From contig JAFEBT010000001.1 of NCBI GenBank assembly GCA_018242545.1, positions 23,180-87,179 on the forward strand: a stretch of DNA of 64,000 bases, read 5' to 3'. A program made the translations under genes and the position numbers. How positions within the stretch are numbered: the first letter of the stretch is position 1; each line of letters begins with the position of its first letter. Source of the stretch: Pseudomonadota bacterium (GTDB lineage Bacteria > Pseudomonadota > Alphaproteobacteria > 16-39-46). Below are positions 56,873 to 64,000 of this stretch, piece by piece. The notes below the pieces were generated by a model. The model was not told the DNA's origin, did no database searches, and saw only the letters and a program-made list of their open reading frames with translations.

Positions 56873-57436
56873 TTGGAGAATTTTTATGATTGTAGTTGGT
56901 GTTGTCTTTGCTGGATTAATTCTATATTGGGTATCTTAAAGATTTTCAAAAAATTTCCTTTCCTTTTTCTTTGGTTAGGAGTGGGAATGTTTGCATTACT
57001 CGGATGCAAAGAAGATTCTAAAAATACCATTCTTACATACCCCTATTTTGCGTCCCTTAAAGCTTCTAAAATTAATGCACGCTGTGGGCCTGGCATGTCT
57101 TACCCAATTGAATGGGTTTATATAAAGTCAGATATTCCTGTGCAAGTTTTAGAAGAATATGAACATTGGCGTAAAATTAAAGACTTTAAAGGAGACGAGG
57201 CTTGGATTAACAAAACAATGCTTAAAAAGAAAAGAACAGGCCTTGTTCAAACCAAAATCCTTTCCCTTTATAGCAAACCTGATCTAAAAAGCAACCTTTT
57301 AGCCCATCTTGAAAGAGGCGTCCTCGTGGAAATTAAAAATTGCGATGGCATTTGGTGCTTTATCAACGCACAAGATTTTAAAGGATATGTTCAAGAAAAT
57401 GGGCTTTTTGGCGTTCGGCAAGGCGAACAATTCTAA
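56873..57436 (+). CDS. Bacterial SH3-domain (SH3b) protein, probably a lipoprotein; start uncertain
   Basis: Two SH3b-like units (NARCGPGMSYPIEWVYIKSDIPVQVLEEYEHWRKI..., LYSKPDLKSNLLAHLERGVLVEIKNCDGIWCFI...). Lipobox-like LLGC precedes them. Confidence 0.55.
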   Translation: MENFYDCSWCCLCWINSILGILKIFKKFPFLFLWLGVGMFALLGCKEDSKNTILTYPYFASLKASKINARCGPGMSYPIEWVYIKSDIPVQVLEEYEHWRKIKDFKGDEAWINKTMLKKKRTGLVQTKILSLYSKPDLKSNLLAHLERGVLVEIKNCDGIWCFINAQDFKGYVQENGLFGVRQGEQF

Positions 57437-57459
57437 AAATAATCTCTTAATTTTTATTC

Positions 57460-57747
57460 TTAGATCATTCCAAGCGCATGCTTATAAAGATCAAGGAGCT
57501 CTTCTTGTTCTGCCAAAGTTTCCGCATCTTGTTTTCGAAGTTTCAAGATTTGACGAATGACCTTAACATCAAAGCCAGCTGATTTTGCTTCATCAAAAAC
57601 ATCTTTTACAAAATCCTGTAATTGAGCCTTTTCAACTTCGAGACGTTCGAGACGTTCAATAAAGCTTTTCAAACGATCTGCTGCAATACCCCCGACTTGA
57701 GGCTTCAAAGGATCGGAAGAAGAAGGAGACGACTCTGTCATGGACAT
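57460..57747 (-). CDS. gapR: GapR/DUF2312 nucleoid-associated protein (alphaproteobacteria-specific)
   Basis: LKSFIERLERLEVEKAQLQDFVKDVFDEAKSAGFDVKVIRQILKLRKQDAETLAEQEELLDLYKHALG is a close match to Caulobacter GapR (QLKSIIDRVERLEVEKAEI...GFDVKVLKKVVRIRKQD...ILDLY). Confidence 0.85.
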   Translation of the reverse strand: MSMTESSPSSSDPLKPQVGGIAADRLKSFIERLERLEVEKAQLQDFVKDVFDEAKSAGFDVKVIRQILKLRKQDAETLAEQEELLDLYKHALGMI

Positions 57748-57852
57748 AATTTAATTCCTCATAAGATAAAAACTACTGGTCTTTATCATTTTTATGAAAT
57801 TTAAGCAAGAAGAGATCTATAAGAAAAAAATAAAATAGAAGCTTTTCAAATA

Positions 57853-58117
57853 TCAATCAGAAGCACAATTTATCTCTTTACAACCAGCAGAAAAGCAATG
57901 ACCGCTAACACCCACACACACTGCTGGACCCCACGTTCCTGCTAAAGTCTTTTCGCAGAGGTTTTTTAAGTCAATAGTAGACGGATACAGATTTTCTAGG
58001 CTACATATTCTTCCACTCGATAAATTACAACATTTATGTTCATACACATCCCAAGCAAGTCCAATCGCTTATACACACAATTTTACATCCAAGTACGAAT
58101 AATTTTTTAGAAATCAT
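57853..58117 (-). pseudogene. Small secreted Cys-rich peptide, paralog 1 (signal peptide and Cys-rich body in different frames)
   Basis: MISKKLFVLGCKIVCISDWTCLGCV-stop (58117 downward), followed in another frame by ...YEHKCCNLSSGRICSLENLYPSTIDLKNLCEKTLAGTWGPAVCVGVSGHCFSAGCKEINCASD (ORF 57853..58047). The leader is near-identical to paralog 2. Confidence 0.45.
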
Positions 58118-58373
58118 TTTTTTCTCTTTTTTGAATCATCAAATTTCTTAAAGCAATATCTGCTTTTAGTGAATTATTTCTTTATCGCTTAATTTAATTT
58201 TTCCTTAAGAAAAATAACTCTTCTTTTTAAGCAACAACCCCCGATAACATTCTTTTAAAATCTCTTGAACCTCTGAAATTTCATAAAAAAAGTTTACAAA
58301 AAACATTTCCTGAAGGTGGGTCTCGTCTTGCTTTAGCCACGTCATCTAAAATTGCTACTTTTTAAGATAAAGA

Positions 58374-58598
58374 CTAGAAGGATTCCCCAGTCCAATCATT
58401 ATAACAACCCACATCTTGACACTGACCAGCTCCGCTTCCTCCATGGGCGTTACAGCTCTTCTCTGATTCAGCAACACAAGACCCGTTATAGAAACTTGGT
58501 AAAGAATTAGGCCCATCACAACAATAAGATGCTAAAACATTTCCAACTGGTCCAATGATGGCTAGACATCCAAGTACCAGTAATTTTTTAGAAATCAT
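58374..58598 (-). CDS. Small secreted Cys-rich peptide, paralog 2
   Basis: MISKKLLVLGCLAIIGPVGNVLA|SYCCDGPNSLPSFYNGSCVAESEKSCNAHGGSGAGQCQDVGCYNDWTGESF. AAGGAG RBS upstream. 5' region similar to that of paralog 1. Confidence 0.5.
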   Translation of the reverse strand: MISKKLLVLGCLAIIGPVGNVLASYCCDGPNSLPSFYNGSCVAESEKSCNAHGGSGAGQCQDVGCYNDWTGESF

Positions 58599-59207
58599 TT
58601 TTTTTCTCCTTTTTTGGTCATCAATCTTTTGAAATGACAATTGTTTTCTTACCAGGCTTTATATTTTTACCTTTCTTCTTTATTAACCCTATATGTTACT
58701 CTTATATTTAAGAATAGCAAGTGTAGTTTTAGTTTTAAAGGGTTTAAATTCACCACTCGACAAGATAAATAAAGAACCATAATTTAAAAATGGGAACAAG
58801 AGCCTATGCTTGTTCTGTAAGCACTTCTGCAATCTCAGGAACCCTCTCTCATCCCATAGAAAGATTTAATAAAGGGATTTGAAAGGAGCCTACTAATCTA
58901 ACACTCTTTGGATTTTTCATCTCTCGTTCTTCCTGGCAAAATTGATATCCAGTCCCACTCTTAACATCCTGATAGACTTAAACGGTTGCTGCTTAATCTG
59001 CTATTCCTTCAATATGCGCTTTATGTAATCCTATCTCTCGTTTTTTTAGGTCTTCTTCAATCACTCCAGAAACATGCGCAACTCCCCTCTTTAATTCTCT
59101 CATTCTTTCTTTCCTTTTCTTTCACAGGGAGGGGTTTTATCTTTTTTCAATTATTTTCTTTATTCTGTCGAGTGTTGGACCTCTGGGTATGTCTTTTCAT
59201 AAAATTC

Positions 59208-59723
59208 TTATCTTTCTAGGGTGATTGCAACGCTCGTAACTCCATTGTGATCATTTAAAAGCATGCTATTGTTTAAATTATCCATAGAATTCAAAAACGT
59301 TTCCCAATCCTCTGATTTAAAATTATTAGCCGTTAAAACAGCCTGCCCTTCATCGGCTATATTAACTTGGGTTTTTAAGCCGTCTATTATTTCAAATTCT
59401 TTTAGGAGCCGATCACAGGTATGGGGATCGGCTGTAATATCTACCCTTTTTATTTTTGTATTTTTTAGCTCGGTATCCTTGTGAATAGCGTCCCAATCAA
59501 TTTTAGCCAATGTATAAACACAGCCACCAACACAAGATTTTTTATAAATAATTTTTTTATCTCCATTTGATGCAATTGTTGTTAAACGCAAAAGAGATAA
59601 GGTCCTTAAAGTTTCTGCTTTTGGTTCCATCTCATCATGTGCTTTCACGTGAGAAGCCAAGTATGAAAAAGAGACTCCCATGAGGACGCCTACAAAAAAG
59701 ATCTTCCGTGATATCTGGATCAT
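59208..59723 (-). CDS. Hypothetical secreted protein with CxxC-like motif (SCVGGC)
   Basis: Signal peptide (IFFVGVLMGVSFSYLASHVKA). No confident family assignment. Confidence 0.35.
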   Translation of the reverse strand: MIQISRKIFFVGVLMGVSFSYLASHVKAHDEMEPKAETLRTLSLLRLTTIASNGDKKIIYKKSCVGGCVYTLAKIDWDAIHKDTELKNTKIKRVDITADPHTCDRLLKEFEIIDGLKTQVNIADEGQAVLTANNFKSEDWETFLNSMDNLNNSMLLNDHNGVTSVAITLER

Positions 59724-60167
59724 TATATTTCCCCCATTTTAAAAGTAGTTTTTTATAGAGTTTATACTTATCTTTCTTTCCTTCTAAAATGAAATATTAT
59801 TCTTATATTTGAAAAAAGTAAATCTATCTTAAAGAATCAAAAATATATGTGACGCTCTCATTAAAAAGACCTGTAAAATCTTTACATATCATATTTATTT
59901 TCTTGCATTCTCCCTTAATCCTCATAAAAAAAGCCCATCTCTCTTTTCATTCTTTCCTTTTTAAGATATAAAAATGAGACTCATCTTAAAAGTTATTTTT
60001 GAGAAATTGCTTTTTCTTGTTTTTTCTCAAAAAAATATTAAGAGTATAAAAGAACTTTTTGGGACTATGTCCTGAGGTTCTTCTAAATTTTTTAAAACAA
60101 TGTCTGGATCTTTGTTAATTTCTACTTTTTTGTTTCTTTGAACACTAACTTTATCTCAGAGACTTTT

Positions 60168-60707
60168 ATGAAAAAATTTCTTCCTCTTTTTGCACTTGTT
60201 CTTCTCATGATTGGATGTGAGGGGCCTCCCCTTCCTTCCCATGAAATGTCACCTATGCTTGGAATTTATAGTCAGCTCCCCGTGAATTCTGATTTTGAGC
60301 AAAACATACAATTAGGAAATGTTCAAATTGCGCCGAATGCAGAACATAAAGCAGCTCCTGTTAAAGTTCCCCAATATACAGAAGCTCTTCAACAAGCCCT
60401 TTTAGGTGCAAATTTCGCAAGTCGTGCACACATGTCTCCTAAATACATCTTGGATGCGATACTCCTCCAGCTTGATATTCCAAGCTTCACATTTAGCTTG
60501 GATGTCATTGCAAAAGCACGTTATCAGCTTAAACGGGCCGATACAAAGCAAGTTGTCTTAGATGAGATCATCTCGCTTTCTTCTCACGTTCCTTTTTCTC
60601 TTTTTTCTGACTCTAACTTTCGGATACGCGCCGCCGCCACAAAAGCAATCCAAGAAAACATTACCCATCTTATTCGTCTCTTAGCTTCAAAATCTGTAAC
60701 ACATTAA
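60168..60707 (+). CDS. Hypothetical lipoprotein
   Basis: MKKFLPLFALVLLMIGC lipobox. Start taken at the internal Met (60168) of the ORF 60138..60707. No family recognised. Confidence 0.45.
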   Translation: MKKFLPLFALVLLMIGCEGPPLPSHEMSPMLGIYSQLPVNSDFEQNIQLGNVQIAPNAEHKAAPVKVPQYTEALQQALLGANFASRAHMSPKYILDAILLQLDIPSFTFSLDVIAKARYQLKRADTKQVVLDEIISLSSHVPFSLFSDSNFRIRAAATKAIQENITHLIRLLASKSVTH

Positions 60708-60727
60708 TTCTTTTAAGGAGATATTTC

Positions 60728-61237
60728 ATGAAAACAAAACTGCTTTTATCTTGTCTAATCATTGCAAGCTTATCTGGTTGTACAAAGCCAAGCCAAAACC
60801 AGTATAGCCACAAAGATGTCGGGCAAAGCATCCTCGTTGAATTTGGAACAGTTCTTGCTGTTCGCAACGTTGACATTATTGGAGAAAATACAGGTGCTGG
60901 AGCTCTCATAGGGGCTGGCACTGGAGCGGGTGCAGGCTCTTATATTGGCGGCGGCACAGGGAATGTTTGGGCCATCGCGGGCGGTGCCTTAATTGGTGCA
61001 GCAGCAGGTGCCTTCGCAGAACAAGGGATTTCCGATGGTCCTGGTGTAGAATATGCCATTATTAAAGAAAATGGGCAAACTGTTATAATCGTTCAAAACA
61101 AAAAGGAAGGCGATGTTATTTGCCCTGTCGGAAGCCGTGTTCTTGTCCAGATTTCTGGAAGTTATCAACGTGTTTTGCCTGCAGACAATCTACCAGAATA
61201 TGCCCAACGCCCAAAAGGAATTAAGGTCGTTGATTAA
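60728..61237 (+). CDS. Outer-membrane lipoprotein with glycine-zipper domain (SlyB / rickettsial 17-kDa-antigen-like)
   Basis: Lipobox LSGC, then GAGALIGAGTGAGAGSYIGGGTGNVWAIAGGALIGAAAGA, a Gly-zipper 2TM-type segment. Confidence 0.6.
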   Translation: MKTKLLLSCLIIASLSGCTKPSQNQYSHKDVGQSILVEFGTVLAVRNVDIIGENTGAGALIGAGTGAGAGSYIGGGTGNVWAIAGGALIGAAAGAFAEQGISDGPGVEYAIIKENGQTVIIVQNKKEGDVICPVGSRVLVQISGSYQRVLPADNLPEYAQRPKGIKVVD

Positions 61238-61456
61238 TTAAATTCTAAAATAAAAGAGCTCTGGCACTTTTATATTTTATCACGAGGCGCTCGAAAACGC
61301 TTTTCTTTAGGGGAGCGATGAGAGCGCCAATTTTAAAGCAAGGAATTGTTCTTTAAAGTTTAGTTTTAAAATCTTTCTTTTAATATTATTGCCCTTATTT
61401 GAAATTTTACGATTTAGTGTCTTTTCCATCCTTAAGCAATATGGTAGGTTTTTGCT

Positions 61457-62233
61457 ATGTTGAACTTTCTACGAACCATTGGCCGTTATTTTTTAGCATT
61501 TTTAAATGCAACAGGAGCATTTTTTCTGTTTGCCTTTATTTCGATTAGCCATTGTTTTAGACCGCCATTCTTTTTCCGGCAATGGGGCCGACAATTCTTT
61601 GAAATTGGATATCTTTCTCTTCCGGTGGTAGGTCTCACAGCAATTTTTACTGGAATGGTTTTAGTTCTCCAAAGTTATACTGGGTTTTCCCGTTTTTCAG
61701 CAGAAAGCTCGATTGCAACCGTTGTTATCCTCTCGATGACACGTGAATTAGGACCAGTCCTTGCTGGCCTTATGGTCGCAGGCCGTATTGGAGCTTCTAT
61801 TGCAGCTGAAATCGGAACCATGCGTGTGACAGAACAAATTGATGCTCTGTCTACACTTTCAACCAATCCGTATAAATACCTTATTGTTCCCCGTCTTTGG
61901 GCGGGTGTTCTCATGCTTCCTCTCCTTGTTCTCACCGCAGATGCCATTGGCGTTTTTGGAGGATATTTGGTTGCAACCTACAAACTTGGATTTAATGCAG
62001 CGCTTTATATCAATCAAACTTTTACATATTTGAAAGCAGAAGACGTCAATTCTGGACTTATTAAGGCCGCTGTTTTCGGATTTATCATTACGCTTTCAGG
62101 ATGTTATGCTGGCTTTAATTCCAAAGGAGGTGCTCAAGGTGTTGGCGCTGCAACAACGAGCGCCGTTGTCTCTGCATCCATCCTTATCTTAATTTGTAAT
62201 TACCTTTTAACAGCCATTCTTTTTGGAACATAG
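61457..62233 (+). CDS. mlaE: Phospholipid ABC transporter permease MlaE
   Basis: 258 aa, 5-6 TM segments, conserved MlaE region ELGPVLAGLMVAGRIGASIAAEIGTMRVTEQIDAL. Confidence 0.8.
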   Translation: MLNFLRTIGRYFLAFLNATGAFFLFAFISISHCFRPPFFFRQWGRQFFEIGYLSLPVVGLTAIFTGMVLVLQSYTGFSRFSAESSIATVVILSMTRELGPVLAGLMVAGRIGASIAAEIGTMRVTEQIDALSTLSTNPYKYLIVPRLWAGVLMLPLLVLTADAIGVFGGYLVATYKLGFNAALYINQTFTYLKAEDVNSGLIKAAVFGFIITLSGCYAGFNSKGGAQGVGAATTSAVVSASILILICNYLLTAILFGT

Positions 62234-63029
62234 GACCTCAATGTCTCAAAAATCATCTTCTCCCCATGAAAAAATTAGACTTAAAGGTCTTGAAAAGGCT
62301 TTTGGTGAAAAAAAAGTTCTAACAGGCGTTGATCTTTCTTTAAACCAAGGAGAATCTCTCGTTGTAATTGGAGGATCAGGCTCAGGAAAATCAGTTCTCT
62401 TAAAATGCATTCTAGGCCTTCTTAAGCCAACATCAGGAAAAATTTTTATTGATGGAAAAGATGTCTTTTCTCTTAATGGCTCAGAAAAAGAAGAAATTAT
62501 TAGCCAAATTGGAATGCTCTTTCAAGGAGGTGCTCTCTTTGATAGCCTTACAGTTTGGCAAAATGTTGCTTTTGGCTTGAGACAACGTTTCAGGACTCCT
62601 GCAAAAGAAGCGCGTGAAATTGCTCTTGAAAAATTAAACGCCGTTGGACTTTCTGACTCTGTTGCAGATTTAATGCCTTCTGAACTTTCTGGAGGTATGC
62701 AAAAGCGTGTTGGCCTGGCACGCGCTATTGCCACAAATCCAGCTATTTTATTTTTTGATGAGCCCACAACTGGTTTAGATCCCATTATGAGAACAGTTAT
62801 TGATAGTTTAATTGTTAAATGCGTAAAAGATCTCGGGGCTGCCGCCATTACAATCACACATGACTTAATAAGTGCCCACCATATTGCAGATAAAATTGCC
62901 ATGTTGTATGAAGGTAAAATCATTTGGCTTGGAGATTCTAAAAGTATTGAAAAAAGCAAAAACCCCTATCTTAATCAATTTATTCATGGACGTATGGAGG
63001 GTCCAATCCCCGTCAATATTAAAGCATAA
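62223..63029 (+). CDS. mlaF: Phospholipid ABC transporter ATP-binding protein MlaF
   Basis: Walker A GGSGSGKS, ABC signature LSGGMQKRVGLARA, Walker B ILFFDEPTTGLD. Overlaps the mlaE stop. Confidence 0.85.
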   Translation: MEHRTSMSQKSSSPHEKIRLKGLEKAFGEKKVLTGVDLSLNQGESLVVIGGSGSGKSVLLKCILGLLKPTSGKIFIDGKDVFSLNGSEKEEIISQIGMLFQGGALFDSLTVWQNVAFGLRQRFRTPAKEAREIALEKLNAVGLSDSVADLMPSELSGGMQKRVGLARAIATNPAILFFDEPTTGLDPIMRTVIDSLIVKCVKDLGAAAITITHDLISAHHIADKIAMLYEGKIIWLGDSKSIEKSKNPYLNQFIHGRMEGPIPVNIKA

Positions 63030-63062
63030 TTTAATCACATCAAAATCGTTCAGGTTTCTTTC

Positions 63063-64000
63063 GTGTCAAAACTTCTTATACGTTATGTTTGCCAATCTTG
63101 CGGGACATCCCATTCCAAATGGAGCGGAAAGTGTACGGGTTGCGATGAATGGAATACGCTTTTAGAAGACGTCATTTCATCTCATCATCTCACTGAAAAG
63201 AAAAAAGCTTCTAAGTTTTCTGTTCCTCTCGAATTTTCATCTCTTCTTTCTCAAGAATCTCCACCTGAACGCATTAAAACAGGAATTTCAGAATTTGATC
63301 GCGTCATTGGAGGAGGACTTGTCCCTGGATCCGTCCTTCTTGTCGGAGGGGATCCTGGCATTGGAAAATCTACGCTTCTTCTCCAAGTCGCCGCCCTCAT
63401 AAGTCAATTTCCCCACGGATGTGCTTATATTTCGGGAGAAGAAGGGTTGGAGCAAATACGACTGAGAGCAAAACGTCTTGGCCTTGAAAATTGTCCTGTT
63501 CTTCTCGCCACCGAAACTCAAACTCAAAAAATTATTTCTCATTTTAAAACAGACAATCCTCCCTCATTTTTTATTTTAGATTCAATTCAAACGCTTTATG
63601 TCGAAGGCATTGATGCCGCTCCCGGAACAGTAACACAAGTTCGTGCGGCAACTCATGAAATTATTCGCGCAGCAAAAGAACATAATATTACTGTTTTTTT
63701 AATTGGTCATGTTACAAAAGAAGGAACACTTGCAGGTCCGCGTTTACTAGAGCATATGGTGGATACAGTTCTTTATTTTGAAGGAGAGCGTTCCCATCAC
63801 TTTAGAATATTACGAACTATTAAGAATCGCTTTGGTCCCACAAATGAAATTGGTGTCTTTGACATGACGGATCGAGGTCTTCAAGAAGTTTCAAATCCTT
63901 CTCAACTTTTTATTGGAAACCACGAAAAAAATATAAGTGGTATGAGCATTTTTGCAGGTCTTGAAGGAACACGGCCCCTGCTTGTCGAAATTCAAGCCCT
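63063..64000 (+). CDS. radA: DNA repair protein RadA (Sms), N-terminal part; likely GTG start; 3' end beyond the window
   Basis: Zinc finger YVCQSCGTSHSKWSGKCTGCDEWNT, then Walker A LLVGGDPGIGKSTLLLQVA and the RadA KNRFG motif (ILRTIKNRFGPTNEIGVF). Confidence 0.85.
   Translation, partial: MSKLLIRYVCQSCGTSHSKWSGKCTGCDEWNTLLEDVISSHHLTEKKKASKFSVPLEFSSLLSQESPPERIKTGISEFDRVIGGGLVPGSVLLVGGDPGIGKSTLLLQVAALISQFPHGCAYISGEEGLEQIRLRAKRLGLENCPVLLATETQTQKIISHFKTDNPPSFFILDSIQTLYVEGIDAAPGTVTQVRAATHEIIRAAKEHNITVFLIGHVTKEGTLAGPRLLEHMVDTVLYFEGERSHHFRILRTIKNRFGPTNEIGVFDMTDRGLQEVSNPSQLFIGNHEKNISGMSIFAGLEGTRPLLVEIQA

Overview
This is an AT-rich, gene-dense bacterial window. Lineage markers point to a host-associated alphaproteobacterium (Rickettsiales/Holosporales-like). 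The markers are a circularly permuted two-piece tmRNA with a G3·U acceptor pair, GapR/DUF2312, an IalB-family protein, and several Sel1, ankyrin and TPR proteins. The conserved core includes ffh(partial)-rpsP-rimM-trmD-rplS, pip, fabI, and acpS-lepB-rnc-era-recO. It also includes hupB (HU), mogA/moaB-like, pcm-like, a TolC-family protein, dps, greA, rlmN, mlaEF and radA(partial). The accessory content is as follows. (1) A complete VirB/Trb-type (P-type) type IV secretion operon on the minus strand (~26.9-37.6 kb). Its genes are colinear with virB2-virB11, but a 718-aa secreted, cysteine- and lysine-rich protein of unknown family sits between virB10 and virB11. No coupling protein or relaxase lies within the window. 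(2) A paralogous family of large proteins with an N-terminal LuxR-type HTH, a single hydrophobic helix, an NB-ARC (STAND) NTPase and C-terminal TPRs. There are two full-length copies of 1143 and 1157 aa, plus one truncated 307-aa copy. They lie beside an XRE regulator and a sensor-kinase-like protein whose H-box histidine appears replaced. (3) A signal-peptide-bearing SAM-methyltransferase/ankyrin-repeat protein that looks like an effector candidate. (4) Tandem small cysteine-rich secreted peptide genes, one of them frameshifted. (5) A decayed IS5-family transposase and a frameshifted Sel1-repeat gene. (6) An orphan yefM antitoxin and an NTF2-like gene with an in-frame TGA. (7) A permuted ssrA. 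No CRISPR array and no convincing tRNA or rRNA gene was seen.
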